64,000 bases of DNA, from NCBI GenBank assembly GCA_003971905.1, contig RSEE01000003.1:558001-622000 (forward strand). Direction: 5' to 3'. Source of the DNA: Moniliella sp. 'wahieum'. Lineage: Eukaryota. Position 1 is the stretch's first letter. Each line of letters starts with the position of its first letter. Under the pieces are notes generated by a model, which was not told the DNA's origin, did not search any database, and worked only from the letters and a program-made list of their open reading frames with translations. Positions 1 through 14,101 of this stretch are shown here, piece by piece. The translations under genes were made by a program, and so were the position numbers.

Positions 1-747
1 GTCCTGTCCTACCCGGATCACTTCCCACTGGATCACCTGTGATGACACTCCCCCAGTCCAAGGAGGAAAGCTCGTCAGAGGATGAGCCCCTGGCGGTGAG
101 CCACAGTCCGAAAAGGACCTCTCCCCCCCTCCTAAGGAGGATGTGCGAGAGAGGAAACTTGCCTCTCTCCGCGGGGGCGAGGGGTTCGACGCTGACCTTT
201 CCCATTTTAGCCCAGATGTGTTTCTGAGCACAACGTTGGCGGGGCAAGTGCTTCTGTGGGACCGGCGTGTTAAGCCTGGGGAGAAGGGTGGGGTGCATGC
301 CCTTCCCTTCAGGAAAAGACCCCGCCGTGGTGCCAGTCTGCCTGCTGGTCGCCCTATGGTGATCGGATCTATGTGGGCCGCAGGAACGAGTGCGTGGAGG
401 AATGGGATTTACGCGCCCTCTCATCCAGCAGCGAGTGGGGCAGCAACGCTGGGCTCCGTGCTACCCATCGTCTTCCCCGCGGATGTGGCCCTGTGACCGC
501 GGTGCTGGCCATGCCGAATGACCGGCACATTGTGACAGGGACACAACCGATAATGTGCGCTTCTGGGACACCCCAGCCCGCGACCAAGAACTCCGCGTTT
601 CGTATCATCGCCGGCCACAACGGTGCCACCGTATCCTCACTTGCGCTCGACCCGACAGCGCGCTTCCTCTTTGTCGGATCAGGAGACCGAGGTTGGATGG
701 GTACCTCCACCGAGTCCATCTTGATCCATGAAGTGGTTCCCGTGTAG
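1..747 (+). CDS. SPT8: SAGA complex WD40 subunit Spt8, 3' part (5' end outside window; frameshifted in assembly)
   Basis: Joined frames read 'VLLWDRR...KTPPWCQSACWSPYGDRIYVGRRNECVEEWDLR...GPVTAVLAMPNDRHIV...FRIIAGHNGATVSSLALDPTARFLFVGSGDRGWMGTSTESILIHEV*', matching the characteristic Spt8 C-terminal WD repeats; stop TAG at 745-747. Confidence 0.85.
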
Positions 748-1384
748 CGTCGATACTACGATACACTGGATCTTTTATGCATGGTCTCCTTCAATAGACC
801 ATCCACCCCACGTCTTTCAAAAATAGGCCATGAACTGCATGAACACAAGGCGTATATTTTAGCCGGGTTTAGGATACCTACTCCCAAGACGACGGAGTCG
901 GCGCGGCGAAAAATCTTGGAAATAAAGTGATCGTGCTTATTGGTCGCGGGTTGTGTGGTTCTAACTGTTCCCGGTTTCGGTCCACATCTCTTTGACATCC
1001 TGTGATGACGATATTGAGGCGTTCAAAGGCTCTGATGCGGGCAGGGGGCGGGATAGTAACCTGGTTGTTGTTGCACAGCGCCTGCTGTAGGACAGAATGA
1101 AGGGACTTTTCTCCGGTGGTACACCTCACGTTCCCGCTGCTGCTAATTGTAGTTTCTAGAAGCTAGCCCGTCTAACTGGTGGGGTACAGGGGCTCAGCGC
1201 TCAGCGCGGGCTGATGGATGATGCGTTGGGAGCAGAGCTCAGCCTGAGCCATACGCTGGCTAGAAGCAGCTGCCCCACACAATTCAGCACACGTGACAAT
1301 GCGGGGTGCCCAACAGCGGCCCCTCCGCTCGTCCAACCGGCTCGGCGTGTGCTGGACCTGCACGACGCACCCGCCATCCGCATC

Positions 1385-2554
1385 ATGGGCAGCAACACGT
1401 CCAGCCACACTTTCCAGCTCTGGTCCACGCCATCTACATGGCGGCATAGCCAACCCCAGAAGCAGCACAACCGCCTAGCTCTCGCGGCCTCCACCCTCAC
1501 TTCTCCTCCCGCCCCGCCAGTCCCCACACCTGAAAGGGAAGGCCACCTTGGAGGGTCAATGGAAGTACCATTGATCACCACGGCTCCCTCTTTATTGACC
1601 GATCTATACCCGCCGGTCTGCTCTGAAGCCGAGAGGACTCCTTCTGTTGGATCAACTGATGAAGAACAAACCACATCTGCCGCTAGCAGTGTGGCCCCCC
1701 ATGCCAGTGCGAGCACGGCGGGATCACCGCCTCAAGTACCGACTCCTGGTGAGACCTTTCCCTTGTCTCGAAATACAGAAAGCAGAAACACCGCTGGCCC
1801 TGGAGACCAAGCCTCAATCTGGTGTCTTCCCCACCCTCAAGGGCACACGCACGGCCATCCTCGCCGGTCTCTCTTCAGCGTCGGTCCGACTGCAGCAAAA
1901 AGCATTTTTTGCACCTACAATGGAAATTCCAGCAAGAGCACCAGCCCCCTGGACCTCGGCCTCGCTTCAAGACACTGAAGCTATAGAAACGTCATCATCG
2001 TTCCCTTTGCTTTCAGAACAACAAGAACCCGTTCATGAAGAGTTCATTGTGAAGGCTGCCCAAGGCCCTTACCCCGTTAGGGTGGGAGATACATCAGCCT
2101 CGACTGAATCGCGGACAAGTGAAAAGTGGCTTCATGCGCGCAGCAAAATAAAACGCCCAACAACAATACTCGTTCAACCGATGAGTTCTCACCACCATCG
2201 CCTATTCGGACTCTTCGCCCCCGTGGCGCGTTCCCCCTCGCGTGGAGAAAGCATCGAGACACTGAAGTGTTTGTCGGTGCGGAGGACCAGGCAAGTATTC
2301 CCTCTTCTTCATGGGAGGAGACGATAGTGGAGCGTTACCTTGGGCAATGGGGAAAACGTGTGCGTCTGGCCCGGGCCGCAGCGCCGCTGTCTGGCTGGGT
2401 GCCCAGGAAGTTCCCACGGTGGCATGAGTGGACCGAAGAACAAGAAGGACGGATGGAATTTGATTCCCCGGGTTATTTATTGGCCCTCCTTGAGGCAGTG
2501 GCGGGTGGTTTGATGGCCAAGACCCGAGCGATTCGTACAACCTATACCGTATGA
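1385..2554 (+). CDS. Hypothetical Ser/Thr/Pro-rich protein (probably one gene split by indels)
   Basis: Three long overlapping + strand ORFs (1214-1978, 1647-2327, 2126-2554) tile the region, ending in a more ordered segment 'EFDSPGYLLALLEAVAGGLMAKTRAIRTTYTV'; no family recognised. Confidence 0.35.
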
Positions 2555-5060
2555 CGAAACGGGTGGCGGGATGTACGCTGCGTATCTCCCCCTGCAGGCA
2601 GCGTTTGACAGTACTGTTGCTGCATCTATCGCTGGGACAGCCCCAGTGTGTCAGCAATAAGCTTGTTTGTATGTCCGTACACTCTGCTTCACCGACTGTC
2701 TGATAAGCATGACTGACCCGGGCAGGTGTGGCTGTTGACGTTGAAGTATGGACTGTGGGTTTTGATACCCTTCTTCGTTGCGATGCCAATTAAGTGCCGC
2801 TATCTTCGAAGGCACCCGCTGCCCTCTCCTCTCAAGCATGGACGTACCGCATAACCCGGATTGAAGAGCAAGTAGGCAACGTTCTTTCCTGGCACGCGCC
2901 CGAAGCCAGTAGACGTGCACTGGTGCTGCTCGTGATGTGCTTGACCCCGTATGCGCCTCTACTGATGGGCATGCTGTTCTTCAGCGTGCCCTTACGCCGA
3001 CAAGTCGGATGGGGAGGTAGTGGTACGTCGCTATTGCGCCTTGTTGGGGCACCAGATAATACCCAACTGGCCATGGCTCTACTACGGAGCACAGGGACCC
3101 GTATGTCCACGCTAATGGGCGACGGACTGTTGCTTCTGCATGGAAGGGAGATGATGGTGGGGGAGCACACTCTTCTCCCTCGAGGAGGTGGAAGAAGTAA
3201 AAAAAACTACAGAGGGGTTGGAGATGCGCTTTGCTCCGGCCAACGGGTACGGTTGCCCATATCCGACACGATAGGGCGCAACGTACCTTCAACCACATCT
3301 TGGCGTTGGCCCCTTTTGTGTGGCATGCGAGTGACGCCATACTGTGAAATGACCGCAATCGTTTTTTGGAGGGATACGAATATATACCCTTGTGAGAGCA
3401 TCATGTCCTTCTGCTGTGAATATAGTAGGAATAGCTCACCTACTATAGCACACTCTGATGTTCTTGTTATCATACTAGGACTCATGGATCTCACATTTTT
3501 TTGCCGCGTGTTTCATGAACCGCCTGAGTTGGGAACAGTCTTTTCTACCCTAACCACCACCAACAGATTGCATTGCTCTGCTTCTCCATAGGTTCACGGC
3601 CCTATGCCTTGGGTTCACCTGTGGTATTTTATTACAATGGATTGAGTTGCCAATCAAACACCTCCCTCTTCATATTCTCTTTGCGTTGCGTTCTTCAACA
3701 CACGTTACCGCCAAAACTACACTTCTATATGAATGGTTGGCATGTTGAGAGTGGCAAACCGTTTATCGCCCCCATTTTGGCAACTACACAGCGCCCACGG
3801 ATCATAAAGCTGGATGACGTTCATGAACATGGGGGGGGTGGATGGCGGGGGGCTTGAAATTTGGCCAACAACTTTGTCCCTATATATACGCCCGTCCCCT
3901 TCTCCCATTTTCCCGGAGGAGCTATTCGTGTATAGCTTTCATAGTAGCATTTGCAAAACTTAGGACAAGAAAAGATCGCGCCCATCCGGGGTGTGCTTTT
4001 AGCGTGCGCCACCAACTCTTTCAGGGAACCAATGGTGTCCCCACTGTGGCAACCAACAGTGAGGGCCCCTTAGCTCCCGCCATGATACGCTAGGAGTAAC
4101 TCATAACTAGTGACTAGTGCCTAGGCGAAGTTGAAAATCAGTGGGGCAACCGCATTCCGCCCCTTCACCTTTTCCGCCATCCACACCACACTCTTCTCTT
4201 TCTTCACTTGCATCCACATTTCTTAACTGACGACCACCACCATTCCTCAGTAAGTGTCTGCCTAGGCGTTGGATGATGACCAAGCCCCACGGGGCGTGTC
4301 CGTCTACTTAGGAAGAGCCGTCGAAGCGGCGGGGTTACCTCACAATCACGACCAGTGGGCATGCCGCCTCTCCTTCGCTCTAGAATGAGCATTGTGGTAC
4401 AATGCTCCGCCTGCCCAGTGGATGCCCAGGATACCCGGCCCCGCGCCGATTCAACTCCCCTATGGGGCCCCATTCTTTTTATAGGATGGGGTTTGGTAGT
4501 GGGAGGGGGGTAGGATGTTGTGGGTTGGGGGGAACGGGAGCAAACGGGGCAGACGTTGAGCGTCGTATCTGGTTTGTTCTGGAGCTTGAGGGTGAGGTGC
4601 CCGTGCCCGCATGGCCGGCTTGTGTACCCGTCCGCGAGGGCGAAATCAGGTCACGACTGAATTGCTACCTTTTTTTCGTCTACAAAGACATACTGACCTT
4701 TCTTGCTGCGCAGACTGGCTTCGCCACAAATGCACCCCCGTTGTCTGACTCGGCATGACGCTTTGTGCTGTAGCCGCCGGTCGCCAACCAAGCATCCGTA
4801 ATTGTGTAGTAGTACTGCATGGTGGTTGAAAAGCCAACAGATCTAGATCCTCCCGAGCCAGTGATGACCTAGGACGTTCCAGGCCGCGGTAGGGTGGAGA
4901 TGGCGTCCCACAGATAACACTTTTTTCGAACAGTTGAAATCCCGTGCTGGCAATCAGTGTTCCTGTGGCGCATCTCTTTTGCCACAGCGGCTGTCCATCA
5001 TAATCACACCCCTTCCCCACTGCAGCATCTGCATCAACACCACCTTTCCCCCATCCCCCG

Positions 5061-6347
5061 ATGCTGGCTCGTATCTTTGTGCTCCTTTTTCTTCTCTTTT
5101 CAATCAGCGTCGGGGCAATCCCTTTGACTGAGGTATCGGGTCTGTCGTTACCCGCCTGGGTAGCGCTTCGTCTCCAACCATTGTGGCCCTACTACCACAC
5201 AGAGACATTCTGTTCTCCCCTGTGATCAGGGAGGAGACGAGCAACTCCGTACCCCGGAAAGTACCAGTATTCACTTTGAGGTCGCGATGGGCCTCATACC
5301 GTCGCCGTCGTGTTCCAGAGACCAGGTTAAAAGCGAATAACTTGTCGGACGCCTGCCCCATTACCCAGGCAGAGTGGGAGGATGTGCGCGTGAAGGCCCC
5401 TGATGTGTCGGATCGGCATACGTTACTCGCATTGGGAGAAATGGCTCAGTACGCCTATTATGAAAACTTCACTGGGGAGCCGATGGACGGCTATAACCGC
5501 ACATTGTCTTGGGATGTGGGAGGGGTGAAGGGGCACGTGTTTGTTTCTCACTCCAACGAAACAGTGGTCGTGTCCATACGGGGAAGCTCCCCCCCATTCC
5601 TCCCCGGGGTACAGGGGGCACGATTGAGGATAAAGCAAACGACAATCTCCTCTTCTCGTGTTGCTGTGCACGGGTAAGCTGGTCACCGTCCACCGTGTGC
5701 GGGTGCTTTCAGCCCAGCGGAGGCAGGGGCTGTGGAGCATCCTGTGTCCAAAGCGCTCTCTTGGAAGGAAGCTATTACTACCCGCACCGCTACCGAGGTG
5801 TATACCAACGTCACGCGCCTTTACCCAGAGGCCCAGATATGGCTCACAGGCCATTCCTTTGGGGGGGTGCTGGCATCGCTGATGGGGATGACATACGGTT
5901 ACCAACGGTCACCTTTGAAGCCCCAGGGGACCGTCTTGCAGCACGCAGACTGCACCTCCCAGTGCCGGGTGATGTTCCCGAGGGGGATGTCGAAGACCTT
6001 CCGATCGTACATGTCTACCATACCGCAGACCCACTTGCGCGGGGGCAGTGCGTAGGACAGATGATCCCTGTGGGCAGTTCGGGTATGCGATGGAATCCCG
6101 TTGCCATGCGGGCAAGACGATCGTGTATGACACGATGGGCAAGTTGGGCTGGTCACCCTCATTGATGCTGTATCGGATGGAGACATTGACCAAAGATCTG
6201 CTCTTAACCGACTGGAATGAGCGGGGGGCACAGGATGAGTCGTGGTGGGCGTGGCTCATGCGGAAAAATGGCCGGCCCGTCCCGCCAGCGGAGTACGAGC
6301 GCGGTTGCGAGGACTGCATTGGCTGGCAGTTCGGAGACACATTCTAA
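5061..6347 (+). CDS. ATG15: Atg15-like vacuolar/autophagy lipase (class 3 lipase fold)
   Basis: Hydrophobic N-terminus MLARIFVLLFLLFSISVGA at 5061; 'APDVSDRHTLLALGEMAQYAY', 'VVVSIRG', 'DNLLFSCCCARVS', nucleophile motif 'IWLTGHSFGG', 'VTFEAPGDRLAARRLHLP', 'VYHTADP', 'ESRCHAG', C-terminal 'CEDCIGWQF'; several frameshifts. Confidence 0.9.
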
Positions 6348-6725
6348 CTGGTTCCTGGACCCACTGCTTAGAGCAATAGTATCACCGGAAAACCCATCGA
6401 GGAACCCATAATGGCGGGGGAGGTGGGGGTGGCACCGGCGTCGACTGGCTATGTTTTGCCCATCATTACCCCGCCTGGGCACAAACAAGCCAATTAATTA
6501 ATCACTCTGGCCTGGCCCGCAGACGCTTATGTCATAGCACACACACACAGGCAATGGGGCAGTGTGCTCTCCAACGTCCGCCACGCGCAGCGAGCGAGGG
6601 CCGGAGGCTGCTGAAGCCAACCTGGGGCGTTCACACAGCACCACCACCCACCCCCTGTATTCCCCTTCTTTGTCGCCACCTTCACTACAACGTCCTCATT
6701 CTATTCGTACTTCTGATCAACTCGG

Positions 6726-7395
<670 letters not shown>

Positions 7396-9330
7396 GTCTG
7401 CTGATTATCGTGCCTTCCGCCCTCGGAGAGGCTCATTTGGCTTCTTGTTCATCATCCAACACATGTCCTACAGTACCTCTTGGTGTACTTCAGTAATTCT
7501 ACGTCGCTGCTTTTGTGGTCCCCGTGGCCTGGGGGTAGAAACTCTTTTCTGCTTTGATGAGGACTCATTGGCGGTTGGGGCCTGTCCATCCTCCTTCCTC
7601 CTGACCTCCAGCTTAGCCCAAGGCCAAGCTGTCGTGTGTGTTCTGGCTGAGCCAACGAGTTCGCTTGTCTTGAACGTTGATCAGCAGGCGTTGAGCCGAC
7701 GTTCAATCGATGTTAATCAATGGGTGCCCCGAGGATGTAATAGCCACGCCCCTCGATTTACCCACTCCATCGATGTTGTTGGGTTGCCACTCGGATACAG
7801 TCGCATGGACGTACCCTTGCCTGCCCGCCCAACCTGCGCCTCTATTGTGAGCACCTTACGTTGGGACCGAAGGTTCCGTAGCTAGACCCACAGATGCTTT
7901 GAGCCTTATCGTCAATGACCCTTTGTTTTCCTCGATAACCTTCAAAACCTCTACGTGCATGTACATATTGGCTCGTTCGAACCCATGTCTCTTCGGCAGG
8001 CTGTGATAGGAGGTATAAATACTACTTATCTCTCCTCCCCCGTCGCCCTTGCATTGTTCACTTCTTCAAAGGTACTCAATCGAACCCCTTGGGTTCCTCT
8101 GGTGTTTTTGTACCTTATTTTAGCAATAGAGATCTTCAGTAGTTGGCCAGAGGTTAAGTCGTGATCAATGATGCTTAAGGGATGCCTGATTGCTCTCCCA
8201 GGAGACAATCTCTCCCGTCCATACTCTCGTATATACTCCAGAGTAGCTTCCAACATTGTACGTGGGAAGTGCAGTGAAAACGGCGGGAGTGGGTCCGTCT
8301 GTTTACGTCTGTTAACACAGCTGTTCACTCGCTATCGTGGTCGAGTCTTTGACCTTTTTTCAGACAGCTCTGTGGGTCCATGTCCTTGAAAAGATGAGCC
8401 GCGGAAGGTCACCAAAGCCCTCTCTTCAAGCTTCTGTGGGGAATGAAAAAAGCCTACTGGGAAGACGAAATTGTGGGGCTTGAAGGCAAAATACTAATGG
8501 CCGGACCAAGTACAGAAGTAAACATTGAACCTTGAACCTTGAATTATTGAACGTTAAACATTAAACGCTGAGAACACGTTGAAGCGGGCGCATTGACGCG
8601 TTCTGTCACACATGAGGGGTGGTGGCCAAGATGGTCGATTTGCTCTCAGATCAATCTCGGATCTCATCTTCTCGAGCACCGGCATCGCGCGGTGGAGGTG
8701 TGCATGGGATTTGGGTCGAGGACAAACTATTGTACCGGAGTGGAGAGATTTTGTGCACTGCCCCTGTGCCTCCGCGTTTTGAAAGTGCACGGACCAGGGT
8801 GACAGATTGATTTTTCCTCTCCCTCCGTCTCGCTCTGCGCTTCTTCAGCCTGTTCAGCGCGTTCAGCCTGAGCAGCTTTCGTCGGAGCGCATGAGCGCGC
8901 TGAAGCTTGAAGCAAGGAGGATCAGCAACAGAAGGCCCAGGCTACAGACTGCCCGAGCCCCGCAAGCTGAGATATATGAGAACAGTGCGAGCCAGCCGCT
9001 GTGGACTCTCGGCGTTCGACGGCTTTGGTGCTGCTGCGGGTCAGGTGGAGCGGCAGATGGTGGGCGCAAAGTCACACCGTGATCGAGATGATCTCACATC
9101 TCGTCGCTAGTCGCCTCCCACCTCGCTTCTATATTCTACCTCTCCGAGCACTACCCAAATCTGGCGTCCCTGGCCCTGGCCTCAGCTGATCGAGAGGGAA
9201 GCTGTGGTAGGGTTGGTACCATCTGCCTTTTATCCCCCGCGTCGAGAAAGCAGTAGTATTCCTTCTTCATTGCTCCGCACCCCCCTCTCTTTTCTCCCTC
9301 TCCTCCCTCCACCCGCTCGCCCATTCCACC

Positions 9331-10501
9331 ATGTCCCTGGACCAGCTTGAAGCCCGCCTCGCCGCTCTTGAGGCCGAGGTGAGTTCGCTCCGGTCGGCCC
9401 ACGTCTGCTTCCGCCATCCCTCCCCCTGGCCCTATTGCATCGCCTCCCAAGGCTGAGGAGACTGCCGGCCTGGAGGATGCACCCGTGCCACTGCCGTTGC
9501 CGCAGGTCGGTACCCCCTCTGTTTCGTCGCCGTCCAAGTTCCAACCCAACTACGACCACGAAGTAGGCTCCTTTGACCTGATGGGCCTTAAACCTGAGCT
9601 AGTGGCAGCCCTGCGGGAAAACGGATACGTGAAGCCGACGGCGCTCCAGTCCGTCGCCCTGGTTCCTATCGTGCGTGGGCGGAACGTGTTGATCCAGAGC
9701 CCATCGGATACGGGCCGTCTCATCTCCCATGCCCTCTCCGCTCTGCAGCTGGTCGACCCTTCGCGCGTCCATGTCCAGGCCCTCATCCTTTCTGCCAGCA
9801 AAGATCGTGCCATTCGCATTGCCAAGGCCATCCGTGTTCTGGGTGGAGAAGAGACGGCACCACGTAGCGGCATGACGGCTAAGGTCTACGCCTGCGTTGC
9901 CGGCACCTCGACTGTGACTGACATTGAAGCGCTTTCGCGTCGCCCGCAAATTGTGGTCGGCACCCCCGGTCGCATCTTCCATCTATTGGACCGTGACCAT
10001 CTCACCACGTCGCACTTGAAAGTGCTGATCTGCGACGAGGCCGACGACCTATTGTCGACGTTTAAGCAACTCGTGGGCCAGATTCGCAAAATATTGCCGG
10101 ACAACCCTCTGTTCCAGACAGTATGGGCTAGCGACAATTTCCCCCCCGGCCCACTGGCCCTGGCGCTGAAGTATTCACATTCGCCGACCATGGTCCAGGT
10201 CCGTACCCAGGACGGTGTCTTCCGTGTTGTGCAAGCAGTGCATAAGATTCAGCCGGACGAGAACAGGTGCGTCCCCACTTTGATTTCATTCTGCATTGAT
10301 GATATCCTTCTAACACATTGCTGGCAGCCATCCGTACTAATGGACTTTTGTCCTACCGACTACGTCGCGTCCCTCCCAGTGAACAGATCCATTGCAATTC
10401 ATCTTCCTGATATTAGGCATGTTCTGCTCTTCTACAGCTGTCTTTTGTCCTTGAGGGCATTGAAAGCAAATATACGCCTACCTGTGCCTGACCCGTCGTG
10501 A
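9331..10501 (+). CDS. eIF4A/Fal1-like DEAD-box N-terminal domain protein with degenerate ATPase motifs (3' end uncertain)
   Basis: Q motif 'SFDLMGLKPELVAALRENGYVKPTALQ', 'VQALILS', 'IVVGTPGRIFHLL', 'LICDEADDLL'; motif I reads SPSDTGR, Ia SASKDRA, III ASD; ATG at 9331. Confidence 0.7.
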
Positions 10502-10785
10502 TGCATGCAGGCTTCGGTGAGCTATAACAAGAGGAAGTGTCCAGGTTGCCCTAAACCGAATGGAACATCGCCCAGATGCGGGCTATCCTCCTGCTCACAA
10601 CCACACTGTTTGACACCAGAAATGAATTGGTTCCTGGCCGGAGCCGGATCAGTAAACTTCAGAGACAGGCGCGGGGACACGGACCATCTTTACTCCATCC
10701 CAAGGTCATGATCAAGGTGATGCGTTTGATGAGAAAAAGTCGTGTCAAGCTCACCCATCTCCAACACTTGCTCACTGCGGCGCAT

Positions 10786-12565
10786 CTATCCCGCCAGTTG
10801 TTGACGCAACAGAACAAGTTCTTCTTTCATCTCGCGAAAGCGGCGCGCTCTGCTCTCTTGATACCCACGTAGGGCTGCATTCTCCTCCTCCAATGCCGCC
10901 ATGAGCGACGCATCGGCCGCCACAGTGTCGAAAAGGACCCGTGCAGCATGGGCGGCCGCATTGGTTTCCTCCATCCCCTCATCACTGGTTCCAATGTGGA
11001 CATGTCCCTCCACCAGCCCAGCTTGCCGCATTTCCTCCAAAGGCATGTGAAGACTTTTCTCTGCTGAACGAACCGTGCCGGGCTGGTTTGGGAAATGTTG
11101 ATACAGCAAGTCGTCCTCTACGCCCTCCTCGCCTTCGGTCGACTTTTTACCATCCGCCCGGTCCTCCAGTGCAACCTCGCGAGCTTCGCCCTTTTCAGGG
11201 TCTAAATTGACCTTCTCCAGGACGTCAAGGCGGCCCGATTTGACAACATGGACACAACAAGACGGAGTTGTGCAGAGAATGATCTCTGTTCTTGCAAGCG
11301 CCGCTCGAGTTCCACAACATGAAGGCGCCCGTCTGCTTCTGCTCTTCGACCTCTTCCGTCCAGCGCACCGGTTCTTCTCGTGATCACAAACCATATGCCG
11401 TTGGAGTGCTTGAAATTCATCATCTCGCAAGACGATCTGCTCACTCAATACCCCCAACTGGTCTCGTAGGTGCAAATTTTCGTCCTCCAGGACTTCTAAT
11501 TCGTCCTGCGTCTCCTTCAAGCGAGCACGCAGATCATGGCTCTCATCCAGCTAACAGCTCATATGGTCAGTACCTGTACCACACTGTGGTATAGCGTAAT
11601 GGGCCGCACCTTCATTCTCCACGCATGTTCAAGGCGCAGCCCCAGTTCACGAAACGTATCCGAATCGTGATCCGATCGAAGAATGTGGCGGGCCTCAGCA
11701 AAGCGCATAACCTCTTCAGCCCATTGATCTTCGTCCACATCCCTTCGAGGAAGACAAGATGCTGCTCATGTCCGTCATCCAGATCCTCCTGGGGACATGT
11801 AACTGCTGCTAGGGTCGCAGCCAAGCCCCGGCTAAATCCTGACAGACCCGTAGTGAGGCTTGATGCAGCCCCGCCCATCCCAGCCATGGGAAACCAGGAG
11901 CTTTTCCCCACTGCTGAGGGGCGTGGTGGAAGCTTGGGGGCATTCTCCAGAGGGAATTGAGACGGCAAGTCGGAATTCTTTCCAGGTGCAACGTGCCCTC
12001 TTTGGTTGCTGACACTTCCTAACTTTGGGGGACGCGATATTGGCCGGAGGAAGGAGACGTTCCTCCTCCAGGGGTACTGATTGTCCTGAGTCAAGGTCCA
12101 AGATCCGCATCTGACCCGTCACGCTCGCATCTGGATGGGTTAATTGTGAGGCCATCTTGTCCATAGAGGCGCGCGCGCTATCGCGGGGAGAAACGCCCCC
12201 CCCCACGTACATTTCTGCCTCACGTTCCTCCTGAGTAGATGAATCAAGTGAAAGCAGGTGGGTTTGTGGGAGCACCTCGTGGTGCAGCACCGATTCGCTC
12301 TCATCTTGCGCAGGGGAGGGGGTGGCGTCGTAAAAATTAGCCTCAGAGTCGGGCGTGGTCCGCTTCTTTCTCCGCCTCTTATCCTTGTCCTCCTTCCTGC
12401 GGCCATCCTTGTGCCGCCGACCGTCGCGCTTCTTCTTCTTCTCGGGTGAGGCAGACACGTCCATGGGGGAAGTTGATGATCTGGACCCAAGATGTGGTGG
12501 CGTGGCAAATATTTGGGTTGCGTGGGTTAGTGCGGGGATCTGTTGCGGGGATCTCTGTAGGGCAT
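10786..12565 (-). CDS. Hypothetical protein with a basic (NLS-like) N-terminal region and C-terminal coiled coils
   Basis: Tiled minus-strand ORFs: 'SPEKKKKRDGRRHKDGRRKEDKDKRRRKKR', 'KETQDELEVLEDENLHLRDQLGVLSEQIVLRD', 'ALEEENAALR...REMKEELVLLRQQL'. Confidence 0.5.
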
Positions 12566-13179
12566 AAGCCGTTCAGCCATCGATGCGGAGGGCAATGTGG
12601 CTAATGGCTGCCTTGCGCCACCTGCCTTTGCTTGGTGGAGCAAGACTGGCCACATGCGACGGGAGGCTTACTAACCCTAAAGTGCCCCAGCGCTTCCGGT
12701 ATTGCTGGAGCCTAAAATACCCGGCGCTGTTTCTTAGCTTCGACATGTTCGCGTTCGCTCCTACTCATCGCTTCGACGCGCCCACAGCTGTCGACCGACA
12801 GTCATTAATCGTTATGCATTGTATGTCACCCCGATTAGGCCAGAGCATGTTGGATTAGTTACAAATCCCGAGCGGAGAAGTCGCGTGGTAAAACATGATT
12901 TCGGATGAGGCGTAGGGAGGACTGGGCACGTACAACAGAAGGCTGTTGTATCCACTCCCAGCCCAAAGGCTGGAGAAGACTGTTTGTCCCAGCTTGGATT
13001 GCGGAAATCCTAATTGCATTGATAGGAATGCTCCCCTGTGTTGCACGGAGGTGGGCAACTGCGAAGAACGAATACTGTACCATCAGTGAACAGAGGATAA
13101 TAGAAAGCTAGGGGATGACGCATGTGCAGGAGTAAGGCCATGCGAGCAAGAAGATCAACATGTAATTAGCAGCCATCCC

Positions 13180-13784
13180 TCATTCGTCACGCATCTTATC
13201 TTGCATTCGCTTCATTTGGATATACCAATCCGTGTCATCGGTTGCTGGCCGGGAGGGTTTCTTACGTTCGTCCAGACGTTCTTGCCGCGCCTCACGAGCC
13301 TCCCGCTCCTCATCCGCTGCTCGACGGAAAGTGTTGCGCATCTCGGGTTTTACATCGTCAAGACGCATTGGCCCCTTGGAAGGCGAAAACGGATCCTCCA
13401 TGTCATGTGGCTCCCCATAATCTTCTTGTGGAATAACTGCCAGAAGGATGAATTAGCCACTGATGGAGAACAACAGGGGAACAATGAAAACGCACACTTC
13501 TTCTCGATCGCTTCCCGTTCAATGATGGGCGGACCCTTGAACTTTGGGATTGGCTTTCCCTCAGCAAGACGGGCTGGAAGGTGGTCGATCTGATGCACTG
13601 CCCTAGCCACGAGGCGGTGGAATGTGGGGGATCGCATCATCTGTCCGCAAAGTTAGCGCAGGTGCGGTGCGTAGAGTGGCGCGCCACCAAGACGGATACA
13701 TACAGCAACCGTGAGCCTCTGTGTAATGGCAGGCGCAATAGCGCTTACGATGGCACGGATGAATGAGGGTGGTATGGGCGCCAT
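13180..13784 (-). CDS. Small intron-containing protein, possibly Mrx7 (MIOREX component 7)-like
   Basis: MAPIPPSFIRAIVSAIAPAITQRLTVA, then an intron, then 'MRSPTFHRLVARAVHQIDHLP', resembling the SPxFHRxV motif; charged C-terminus ending at 13180. Confidence 0.45.
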
Positions 13785-14101
13785 CTGGGATATGGAGATG
13801 AGGAGGAGAAGGGGATGGAGGCGGTGGCGGTGGCGGTGAAACAAGGACTTGCGAAGCATGCTTTCATCGATTGAATTGATATTTGATGCCGTGAACATTT
13901 CATGGTATGCTCACGTAAGATGGGGTGCATCACACACGTGGCACTGCCCCTGCGCCTGATGAGATCGATTAGTGCGCCACTCTAATCTGCGCTGGGGTGG
14001 TCGTATCGATCGCATCAAGGCGAGGCCTGAGCGCACAAAGCGCAGGTCTGTGAGAGGTGAACCACCACCACACCCCTCCTTCCGGATTCCCATCTCGCAC
14101 G

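Noticed and set aside
2794..4093. 265-aa ORF and neighbouring ORFs as a gene
   Set aside because: Non-ATG start and no recognisable motif; could be a degraded gene but I cannot support it.
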